A stretch of 64,000 nucleotides of DNA, taken from the NCBI GenBank assembly GCA_013265495.1, contig MU058584.1, forward strand, positions 4,036,508 to 4,100,507, read 5' to 3'. Positions 53,424 through 64,000 of this stretch are shown piece after piece. Numbering within the stretch: the first letter of the stretch is position 1; the number at the start of each line of letters is the position of its first letter. The notes beneath the pieces are model-generated. The model saw only the letters and a list, made by a program, of their open reading frames with translations. It was not told where the DNA came from and searched no databases. The DNA comes from Vicugna vicugna (Eukaryota). Both the position numbers and the translations under genes were made by a program.

Positions 53424-56400
53424 GTTTGGACATGTTTATCTCTTGCTCCTGGATCCTGTTTCAGCGAGCTCCCACACTGTGGGGCGGGGGGGCCTGGGGT
53501 CGGGGGACTCACGTTCTTAGCTGCGGGGAATGTTCTTGCTGGTTTCCTTACCCCTGATGACTCTTACAGAGGTGCTAGAAAATTATTTTCTTTTGCCACT
53601 TATGCAAGAGGCTTGGTGCAGAAGCTGAAGGCAGTGTGTGTAAACACTCCCACTCCACACACGCCCCCTCCCCCCCATCAGGTGGTGCCTTTGGAGCACT
53701 TTTGTGTAGGAAGGAATTCCTGCTGAACTGTAGCTCTCTCTCACCCCGAATCATTGAATGACCTGAGGCCCAGATCCTGTGGTGCCGCAGCGCTGCTCCC
53801 TGCTCCTTCCAGCGGGAGCGGCTGCACCCGTTGCAGGGCAGGATTTGGTTCCGAAGAGCAAAGACTACTGCAGACACCTGACTTGGTGGTTCTCCTGATT
53901 TCTTGTCTCCTGAAATGCTCCTACTGTTGGTGTGTTTGTTTGTTTTTTTTCCATTTTGTGGAAGTTTTTCAACCAAACTTCCTTTAACTTACTTGGCAAA
54001 GAACGAAAAGAACTTACTGAAATTGGGAAACTTTCCCTTCTTTTGTTTTCTGAAAGAACTTTACTAGACTGTTTTCCATTGGTTATAGATCACCAAAAGA
54101 GGTGTGATGAGGAGAGTCTGAGGTTAGCACCTTTTCCTCTAGCCACAGACTTCCTTTTCACCAGATGGCTTGTTAATTCCTCCAACCCTGATGCTCTCTT
54201 TGGGCCTCTGACTAAAGAAGGCGCTCATTAGCTGGGCATGGGATCTATAGGACCTTTGAAAGCCTTTGAGCAGGGACTTCGCACACACTTCAAGTGACTC
54301 CTTGGTTTGTTAGTGATGCTCCTGCTTAGGTCGGTCTCAATGGCAGTACACATCTCTGGGTTCATTGTAGAAGGTGATTAGCTTCTGGATTTGTTTTCAG
54401 GGTATTTCTAGACTATGTAAATGAGCCCAGGAAAAGGAAGTGTGTATGGGAGTAGATGAAGAGGAATGAGGGTAACTTGGAAATTAGATTCCCCTTTTTG
54501 TCAGTGTTCTATTATTATAGTATCTGTATCCAGAAAATTCCCCAAAGACTGAATCACTGCAATGCAGCCCGTCTGAGCACCCTTCTAATTGGAGTTAAAG
54601 GTTCCCATCTGGTGTCCGTGGGTGCTTGCTTACATCTCCAGTGGTCCCATGAGTGCACTTTTACCCCCTTGGAGCTGGGGGCTGAGAGCGAAGTTACAGT
54701 AACATTGTTTCACTTGCTCTGCTTGTGTCCACAAGGGAGCATGGATTCTGTGTATTTGTCTCTTCACCATGTTGGGAAAGGCAGTGATACAGACACAGTG
54801 TGTATTTTTGTTTGTGATCATCCAAGTGGGAGACAGGCATATTAATATTAAAAGGCCAGAAACATTTTAGCCCCCTTGTTAATTTTTCTTCTGATACTTC
54901 TGTCTTCCTGTTTTATTTCACAGAGTAATTTAATTACTACTCTCACCTTCCTAAAATCCCTCCAAAATCAGTGAACTGCAAGCAGGGAAACTAACAAATG
55001 TCCATCCACCGTTTTTATGTGTGGTGTTTTTTTTTTTTTATGTTGTTTTTTTAACTAAGCTTGAACCAAAGTCAATTTTTAGCAAGCTGCTGTACTAATG
55101 GACTAGTTTATATCGTGCGGTTCAGACACATTGAGGAGATAGATGCTACTGACGATTTCTTTTTTCATTTGTCTTTATTAATTTTATATAAAAGTTGCTG
55201 CTTGTTTTAATCTTTTATGTTGGTAAATCGTAATATCCTCTGGGCAGACATTAACTTGAGTTTTAACTAGTTTATTTCGTTCGGTGTGTAAATAGAATAG
55301 CAGGGTCAGTTACTAATTTTTCTCCTCTCCATTCCCGCTATTTCTCTGATGTAGTTGAATTTAATCTTTTATCCTGACTTGATATCTCTAATGTTAGTCT
55401 GTGCAAATGATCTTAGGGCTCTCAGTAACATTGGAGCTGCCCGTGGTGATGAGTCCCTCCCTTGAGAGCAGTAAGTTCAGAGGAAGGATTCAGGGAGGGG
55501 AATGCTGAATTAGAGGTTATAGCATTAATTTCCCAAAACTGCTACCAAAGGAAGTGCTGAGTCGCAAGGGGCTCAAGCCCTATGGATTAGGAGGAAGAGC
55601 AAGGAAAGGCTGTGTTTGTTTGTTTTCCTGTGTGGTTCAAAAGATGCTCCCTCTCCTAAATAAGATTCACTGTCAGACTTTAATATTAAAAAAAAGGATA
55701 CTGAGCTTTAAATGTCAGTATGATGGTCTTCTATTCCCTGCCCTGTCTGTAGTCTCCAGTCAGTTTGGGATAAGGGGATTCTGCCTTTGTGTGTGTGTGC
55801 GTGTGTGTGTGGATCACTTTATGAGGATAAATTTTAAACCAGCATAAAAACCTGTGTTTAAAAGAAGAAATAAATCCTTAGGCAAAGGTAACTTTTAGAA
55901 TTTTTTTCTCTTTTTTTCTCTTATTTTAAAACAAGTTGTGAAATGAAAGGTACACTTATGCATGTCCGCACAGAACACTAACACAGCTTGTTGGCTAGTG
56001 TTTAGCTTAAAACTGACTCCCATCATCATCCCTAGAGTTTCTGCAGATCGTACTGCTTCACGACTCAACCTTTAGCCCTTTTTTACTTCATATCTTTTTT
56101 ATCATCTCAAGAAATGCTTTTTGAATTGAATGAATCTTCTGAGCTAAGGTACTCACACTTAACTTTTAGCCACCTTATATGGGAGAGTCTGGAAATTAAG
56201 GAGGACCATTTGACCAAAGAGAGGTCAAGAGGAAGGGCCAGATAGATCATGAAAGTTCCTTGTGTCACTCTTCTCTTTTCCCCTTAATGTTTATGCAGGT
56301 TTTATTTCATCTCTAAGTTTGGTTAACCCATATTAAGCCAAAGACTAATTCTAAATGGATTTATAGCGATGCTATATTTGCCCATAGTAATGGGCCCTCC

Positions 56401-59400
56401 CTAGGGCGTGGTGAATGTAATTGTCTAAGAGTCCTGCTTCTCACAGGCAGTGCAGTTTGGTTGTGAACTTTGTACCCTGTACAATTCTAAAGGACAGAAC
56501 AGAAAGACCTGGAAAAGGGCTTCTCAGAGGAACAATATTACTGTTCCTGATTTAAGAAATAAGTTGAGTGCTATGTTTGTTTAAATGTTTCTAACATTAC
56601 ATAAGCATCATTTTAGAATTAAAAAATTGTTCCTGTTCATTCATTACCTGATATAAAACACGTTTCCTTTTATTTCTTTGATAAGGAAGATCAGTACCAT
56701 CCCAATTTACTCAACTTATTACTAGAGAATTGGAACCAAAGGAATCCAGCTTTCGTTTCTATAGGACCAGCCAGATTTGTACTTCACAGTAGCATTATTA
56801 GAAATACACATTTTTTAAAGGGAAAATAAGATTAATTTTAAAAATTTTAGTGAAATTATCTTGCCAGTTTATTCTACACCATTCATTGTTGGTGAAGAAA
56901 GCACAACTATACCTCTTTTTTATATTATTTTGTTCTGTTATCCCCCATTTATTTGGGAAGGTGGGGGGAAACCTTGTCTGTATTATCCAGAAGCACAGAT
57001 AACAACAATATTTAAAGTCAGCCCAATCTTTAACATCAAATTTTCTGTTTAAATTGCTGGGAAAGCTGGATACATTTGCAAATACAGGGAAACAATGTCG
57101 ATTTTTAAAGTTGTAAATCCTGATAGCAAACATCGCAATTAGTGTATAATAGTAAATACTTGGCTTACTGATGAAGCTCCTTGTAGTTCAGTCTAAAGTT
57201 GTTCCCAAACTATGTCATCCTCACAAAACTTTCCTTACCAAGAAAAACGTAAAATTTGCTATAGGAAGCCAAGGTAGAGTGCAGACAGGGAGAGTCAGCA
57301 GGCCCTGAGCATCGGGGGCAATGAGAAGGCCAGAGGGCTGCGGTCCTGATTCAGACTTACTACTGGGAGTCGGCTGTGGCCTTGGGGACCCCAAAAATCA
57401 GTCTGCAATTTGAGAACCCTCCATTGAAGAAAAGCCTGAAATATTCGTTGTGAGAGTTGGTCAAATACTCTCTTGTTAAATCAGCATCTAAAATTGATGG
57501 ATTTACAGTTTATTTATTCAGGCCATGTTTTTGGCAGTTGAAAATGTTGAAGACTGTCAATACTAACAGAGAAAGAGCCTAAAAACCTGACATTTAAAAT
57601 TACTCAAATGGGCAGGCATTGATGTATTCATTTGATCATAACCATTATGAGTTCACTTTTGTATGTGTGAGTGTAAAAGGCATGTAATGAAAAGCATTTA
57701 GTTTAATCAAAGCCCTGGCCATTCTGAAGCCATTTGCAGTCTTAAAACAGTTTGAGGATGACACTTTATAAAATGGTAAATTGTTGTCAGAACTTACCCT
57801 TAGTTTTGAGAAGGGAAAGTTCTTCTCTGCCGTTCCTTTAAGAAGAGCTCAGATCAGCTGTTACATGTTTGCATAGATGGCACACATGGTACAAATGGGA
57901 ACTTGGACAGGAATAGAATAAATAAATAACTTTCATCATTAAAGGCTGATACTAATCCTGTTCTGCTTCATTCTTTTCTTAATCCAAGGAGAAGAAATGG
58001 GACACCCCTGAAATTTTCAGTCAGCTATTTGTAAGAATTCCATCCGGAGGACAGGGAATATGTCTTTTGTCAGAGTTGTCCAGTTTTCGCCCAGATTTCC
58101 ATTTGATCCGTGAACTGTTGGTTTCTCTTGACCATCTTCATTCATGAAGCAGTTCTTTGTTTGGCTTCTTCTACTCTCAGCCTTTGCTAAAAGCAGTAAA
58201 CGTCAGTGGATCTTGTGTTGGTTCTGTAAACCAGATCTCCTTTCCTCTCTTCCTTTTGTCTGTGAATGGTGATACCTTAATCCATGAGGGGAATGCTCGT
58301 AGTTAACAGCTAGCTTCTGGCACCTTCATAAAATACCTCAGTATAGCTTAGCATTGTTACAGAACTGGTTTTAAACTAAAAACCAAATAAATAAAAAGAA
58401 AAGAACTTTATAAGTAGTGGAAATAATTCTAGCTGTAGCGTTTAGTTGAACTGATTGATGTTTATTATGACTGATAAACATGACTGATGCTGTATGTACT
58501 TGGGATCCTGTTTATAGGGTTACAGTTTATAGGATTACGGAGGGTAGGGAGTAGGGAGAGGAGAAGGCGACTATGTTAGAAGGAAACATTGCGTTGCTCA
58601 TGTGTGTGTTTGTTTTTCCTTATCTCTGTCTTGCCAAAGGAAACTTGATCATCCCTGTGATTGGGTTTGGGATTCGTTGGCCTCTCCGTGACCTGGCCTG
58701 CAGTGCAGTGTGTGGTGGCATGCCGGTTACACAGGGGTTGTCCAGTTCAGGGTCCCCGAGGGCATTTACATCCCTTCCTGTGGCTGCCCGGGCCCCCCAG
58801 ACCCTGCCAGCCTCTCCTGATAATTCATTACCTCTGTATGTAACAAGAGTTTAGGTAAAGGACGAGTGTGTGAATGTCTGGGTGTATGGTTGAGAAATAG
58901 AGGCAGAAATAGACAAGCACCGTTTAATTTGAAGAGGAAAGGAGAGATGAGTGATTGATACATCTTAATCGAAGAAAATTAAAATTGTAAAACAGATGTG
59001 TGGGGTTTTTTTGTTGTTGTTTTTTTTTTTTGTCCCCCTCTGTCATGTTACTGAATGTTGTGCGAGGAGCACAGCACTTTAAAACCTCACTTCCTTTTCT
59101 CACACCAAGGCTAATTCTGTCTCAACCAGAAACGTAAACAGAAAAACCAAACCAAGAAGTTGAAAGCCAACCTGCTCGCCTCACATCTGTGATCTGGTGT
59201 GACCTTTAGGGACTGGTTAGTGAGATTGAGGAGAGTCTTGTTCTTGGTGGGATGTGAATGAGAAATGATGCTGGTTTAGCAACAGTTTAGCGCCCTTCCC
59301 GGCCATACTCTGGGACAGACGTTCTTGGTTCCCCAAGTTCAGATATAGACTCTTATCTCCAAAAGGCTGTGTGTAATAAGCGAGCCATCTCACAGACCGG

Positions 59401-61646
59401 AAGTGGGATTCGGTTTGGATACCAAAGACACTGCATTGTTTCTCCTTACTTTTCAAAACAGGCAGAGGGAATAGGAGCAAAAAGCTGAAATTTGAAACAG
59501 CTTTACCTTTGTCTCCTTCCTTTCCCTCTCCCGTCTTTCCCCTCACCCGTTCCCACTTGTCGAAGGAAGTCTTGTTCATCCTGGCTTTGGACAAGAGATT
59601 TATTTAGTCTCACTCCACTGGCTCTGTAAAGATGGATAGAGTTGCTCAGTGTGGTAGTAATATTCTTAGACTTGCTGGGGAATTTGAGAGGGTGGGTGGC
59701 AAATGATGGGGGCAGAATTCTTTTATGATTTCCCTTTATCTGACACTTACAAAGAGAACCAGTACAGCCTCTCTGAATTCAGACGATATTTAGTTGTTCT
59801 GTCACTTGTAAAGGATAAGCATTTTCAAGAGCAGGATTACATCGAAACCCAAAAGACCTTCCTTTGTTCTCCCATGGAGCTGTATTGTTCCCAAATGTTT
59901 TTACACGTGGGCTCTAGGGAGTTGAGTAGTTCATTGTTTTGTTGTGCTATTGAGGGGACACAGAAAGGAGGGGAGGAAAGAGAAGTTTATTACTCTAGAA
60001 TTCTGTCAAACAACCATCAGGCTGCAGAACTTCATGAAAGCTTTACTAATAATCTTACTGTTCTGACATTATGTAAAAGTGGTATTAATATTGTGTGACT
60101 TTTCAAAGCACTAGATAGGTCAGGAAGCAGGGAACAGGGCTATTGAAGGTAAGAGCACTTGAAACAACAGTTGTGGGGAGACAGGGTGTGCGGGATGGAA
60201 CCACTGCACGCAGACGTGAAGCGCCCATCATGATCCTTTCTGTGTCCCTGAGTCAGCCCTCTCCGTGCAGGGCTGTGCCACCTTCTGGTTCAAACCCAAG
60301 ACCCTGTCAGAAAGTTCAGACCCTAAAACTGATTTACAGTTAAAAAAAAAATTGAGGTCTGCTACAAAGTTCTCCCAGGTTTTCTCTGTTTACTTGTTCA
60401 GCATTGTTTTAGTTGAGTCAGCCACAGCCTCACAGAGGCAGCTTAAGTCTCCTTCCCTAACGTGGCAGCAGCATCAAGCTCGCACGCGGTAGGTACCCCG
60501 AGGTCTGCAGGCAGAAGCCAGATACAGTGCCGTTTCAAAAATGAGACATCCAAACACTTCTTTAAAATTGGCATCTCCTTCGAATGAAAAAGGACAGAGC
60601 CAAGGAGAGAGAAGACTGTACCCCTACCTAGTCCTACAGTGTCTCTAAGTCTGAACAATATAGCAGGAAAGGAAATGCACTTTCAGAAGCTAAAACGACA
60701 GTCCTGTGAGGAAAGGCTGTAGTTGGAGGCGGGTGGGGCTGCCGTGTCTTTGGTTCCAGTCCTGCATGGGCTGCAGAAGGCGCGTACCTTCTGAGAGTAG
60801 AGTGGACCAGCCTGGTTGTGTTTAAAACTGCAGACAGTTGGGAGGGGGGAAAGGAGAGAGCCTATGACTTTGCAAGTATATTACAGCGTTGGCTTTCCAC
60901 TGCATAAATGGTGTGTCTCCCCTGAGGTCAGGTAAAGGGAGAGACAGACTTCTTCCAGCTTCTTACCTCTGCGGGAGGAGGCCTGTGTGCGTTACTCAGG
61001 CCACGGGGGGTCTCACTCGGAGGAAGTTCCCTCCCCACCTCCCCCCATTAGACCGTAGTTCCAGGCCCTGCACGTGTGCTGGCAGCAGAGGCAAGGCGAG
61101 TAAGTGTGGGTTTCCGCCCACCACGAGCCCAGGAGCTGTTGTATACCTCATTTCTAACTCGGGACTGAGTAACTTGCTTTAACTTTCTCTAAACCCTACA
61201 GAGTTGCCAAGTCTGCCCTCCCTCCTCTAAGTTATGTTGAACTCTGGCCTATAGCATCATGGGACCTGTAGCCTGGGGTGGGACCTCCCAAAGCCTCTGA
61301 ATGTCGCTGCTTAAAAGCTACTGCAAACTGAGGGCAAATTGCAATCTTCTCTTTCTTTTTGTTGCAAGGGGGTTTTCAAAGGTCTCAACATCTGTTCCCC
61401 GCCATCCTGCCCTTAGGGCCTGGCCAGCCGCCCACACCCCCACCCCACGCATCACCTCCTGTACTTGCCTTCTCCCTGATGGGGGGAGGCCATCCCCTTC
61501 CCCTGTGAGGCCTCAGGGTTCTGCTTGTTTTCAGGGCTTTGGGTGGAAGGGAAGACACCAAAGGCTCCTTTAAGCTGACTGCTGCATACACATTTCACTT
61601 TTTTCCTTTGACGTGACCAAAAAAAAAAAATCCAAATATTTAAGTT

Positions 61647-61652
61647 TTTATT
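61647..61652 (-). terminator. Candidate minus-strand poly(A) signal for the CD247 eta transcript
   Basis: tttatt on + is AATAAA on -; a T12 tract follows about 17 nt downstream on the minus strand (A-run 61619-61630 on +). Confidence 0.45.
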
Positions 61653-62305
61653 ATTATTTATATTATTATTATTTGACAATCTTATATCCAGTGGGCTCTC
61701 TAGAAGCTGCATCCCCCAGCCCTTTCACCTTTTCTTTGAATGTAGTTCCCAACCTTCAATTCCCACCCCCACTATTGAAAAAAAGCTTTGCCAGGTCTTA
61801 CTACTGCTGCTATAAGCCAGGGGAGGGTGGTTTCTTTGTTTTGTTTTGTTTTTTAAATTTCCAGCCAAAACCAAAGATTTTTTAATGATTGTATAAACTC
61901 AAAACAAACAAAAAAACCAAAGAAAAGGGAAGTCTTCAGCATCAATCCAGTCTGTGGCGTCCTGGCATTTAGAGGAGTGAGGCAGGGGGCAGAGGAGGGG
62001 CCTCTGACCACATTGGAAGGGCTGGGGTCTGTCTTCTGTGTTCCAGGGTTTGCAGAGGCACATGCTCAGCAGCTTTGGCTCTTGCCAGCTTGTGAACATG
62101 CCATGGAACAAACTGGCATTTCAGATTTCCCAAAACAGTAGACAGAAGCCCACCACCACGGTAATCCACCCTACAACAGCCACGGTCACCGCAGGGGTTT
62201 AGCACAAGGACTAGGAGGTGGGGGTGCCGCTGGGCCGCCTGTGGACTCCACAGAGTGGGGGGAGTTGAAGACACTGGCGCAGGATTGGCTGCTCTGCTGG
62301 GTGCT

Positions 62306-62404
62306 TTAACCTCTGGGGCGGTGGCAGTGAGTACATGCCGCCGAGGCGCCCTTCTGAGCCTTTTCTCTCTTGTCCTTTACTGGAACTGCTTGGAAGTGGC
62401 TGTC
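62306..62404 (-). CDS. CD247: CD3-eta alternative terminal exon of CD247, antisense to POU2F1 3' UTR: DSHFQAVPVKDKREKAQKGASAACTHCHRPRG*
   Basis: Minus-strand acceptor gttttctcacgaacag|GAC AGC CAC TTC CAA GCA GTT. DSHFQAV is the recalled start of the CD3-eta-specific tail. After the TAA the same frame reads STQQSSQSCASVF, as in recalled mouse eta. The upstream CD247 exons are outside the window. Confidence 0.85.
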   Translation of the reverse strand, partial: DSHFQAVPVKDKREKAQKGASAACTHCHRPRG

Positions 62405-63001
62405 CTGTTCGTGAGAAAACATACAGAACGATTATCAAGCTTTTCGTTTCTTCTTTTGTAGCTGGTTTCCTTTTTGCAGCACCACTGTGCAACTATGCAT
62501 TGTATTTCACGACCTTTTGTGCTAGGTAGATGCCTGTGACTTTTTAACTTGGGGGGGTGGGGGGATTGCAAATGAAGGAACTTTTTACATGGATCTTTTT
62601 AATCTCAGTTGATTGGGGGAGGGGGGATTTGGTTCTAGGGTCATACAAGCTCTATCCCAAAGCAAAATCCAAATGTTAATAATATTAGCCTGATGCAGAT
62701 ACCAAAGATAATTTCTTTCCTGCAGAACCTTAGACTTGTGTAATAAGTACGACTACCCAGCACTTGCATTAGTCTAACCTCAGTAATTCCAAAGCTTAGA
62801 TGTATATTTTGGTATATTTCTGGGATATTAAAAAAAAATGTCGTTTAACTTGTTTGTTTCAGTGTAATGCTCTTAAAAGTCATAGCATGAAAATAACTGA
62901 ACTGTCCTATTCTTAGTAGTTTGAAATAATAGTATTTTTGTATGTTTTGGGTGTCTCAATGTATGTATTAACATAACAGTTTTCACTGCCTAGGTGTTCA
63001 T

Positions 63002-63053
63002 AATAAAAAAGAAAACAAAAAAGTTCCGAGTGTACATAATATTCAGTAATAAA
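63002..63053 (+). terminator. Two candidate alternative poly(A) signals (AATAAA 63002-63007 and 63048-63053)
   Basis: Canonical hexamers with upstream TGTA motifs and downstream T/GT-rich sequence. Confidence 0.4.
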
Positions 63054-63886
63054 CTTCCACTGGGTTCAATTTGGATTGACTATTCGCTGATTACCGTTCC
63101 CATCTGGGATTTTGTTTTGTTCTAAAGAGACAGTGATCGTGTTTTCCTGAAGACGTTTTTCTTTCTCTGACTTTAAATATCTTAACTCCCCCACCTTTTT
63201 CTTTTCTTTCTTTCTTTCTTTCTTTTCTTTTTTATTTTTTTAAATATTGATTCAGGGGTGTTTTTCCACTGTTGTCAAGGGAGGGCACAAGGGGGAATTG
63301 ACCCCTTGGCCTCTCAAAACTTTTTGTGTTATGTACTTTAAAATGTGAGTTTGAGTTCTCTTTTGTGGAAACTTAAGATGTGGTGTAAATGATTCTTTCC
63401 AAAATTGTCCAGCAGCTTTAAAGAGGCAGTGACAATTTCTAAGTAGTTTATTGGGAGTCCTTACATTTCTCCTTAGATGACTTTGCAATCTGGGTGGCTA
63501 TTGTATAGCCTCACTGTCCCAGAGCACCTGGTTAGCCATTTCCCCTCTGATAGGAATCTTTTATAAGAAGCAGCTGATAACTTGGAGTGTGGGGCCTCGT
63601 TATCCGGGCCCCTGAGAAACACACGTTCTCTTGGTTTGGTTTTGAAGACGAAACACAAGCAACTTTTACACTTGGGGGAATGAGCTGGTACCTCCCGAGG
63701 CCTGAGGAGGTGGTGGGGAATATGAGCGGTGCTGTCTCTTTAAAAGTGCCCTTTCTATGATTCCCCTTCCTGGGGCCACCTGTGGGGGGCTGTCCGCTTG
63801 GGAGAGGTTGTGTAGGCGACAGTGAATCAGAATGAAATGGTAGATTTTTGTGTAGATGCATTTGTCTGCTGTAATTTTTTATATAT

Positions 63887-63990
63887 ATTAAACTTACTGT
63901 AACTGTACAGTTCATTTCTGTTGTAAAACATCATTAAACCATTTTCCAAGTGTTTTCACATTGTTTGAGTTTCTCTGAAGTTGTGTTGAT
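63887..63990 (+). terminator. Distal polyadenylation region of POU2F1 (ATTAAA 63933-63938, second ATTAAA 63887-63892)
   Basis: Several TGTA (CFIm) motifs at 63850-63925, an ATTAAA hexamer, then a GT/T-rich downstream element (ttgtttgagtttctctgaagttgtgttg). Confidence 0.75.
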
Positions 63991-64000
63991 ATTCGGAATG

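Larger units (their letters stand above)
52855..63960 (+). other. POU2F1: Long (~11 kb) POU2F1 3' UTR
   Basis: Follows the stop codon, is largely free of recognisable interspersed repeats, is U-rich and ends at a strong poly(A) context. POU2F1 is known to have a >12 kb mRNA. The exact 3' end is inferred. Confidence 0.8.

Noticed and set aside
53575..63915. Many 60-133 aa ORFs on both strands in the 3' UTR
   Set aside because: No recognisable protein families, and lengths are compatible with chance. Only the ATG-less eta exon has homology support; ORFs 62211..62492 and 61969..62274 are other frames of that exon.
1..64000. CRISPR arrays, operons or other prokaryotic systems
   Set aside because: The sequence is clearly a mammalian intron-exon locus, and no regularly spaced repeat-spacer array was seen.

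Overview
Mammalian genomic DNA, most likely a camelid judging by its tRNA-derived SINE family. It contains the 3' ~57 kb of POU2F1 (Oct-1) on the + strand. Fourteen coding exons (exons 3-16 in the usual human numbering, 7136-52854) are all GT-AG and phase-compatible, totalling 2180 nt including the stop codon. The first exons lie upstream of the window. An ~11 kb 3' UTR follows and ends at a distal poly(A) signal near 63933. The introns carry L1 fragments, SINEs, MIRs, MaLR LTRs, DNA-transposon fossils and a U6/L1 chimera. The most interesting item is on the minus strand inside the 3' UTR: a spliceable exon encoding DSHFQAV..., which is the CD3-eta alternative exon of the convergent CD247 (CD3-zeta) gene. 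Here it is cut at 32 aa by a TAA and has its own candidate poly(A) signal. Also notable are a dense miR-9 seed array in the 3' UTR and a 76-bp templated insertion next to a perfect palindrome. Comparisons with human and mouse sequences are from memory and need alignment. Boundaries of old repeats are approximate.
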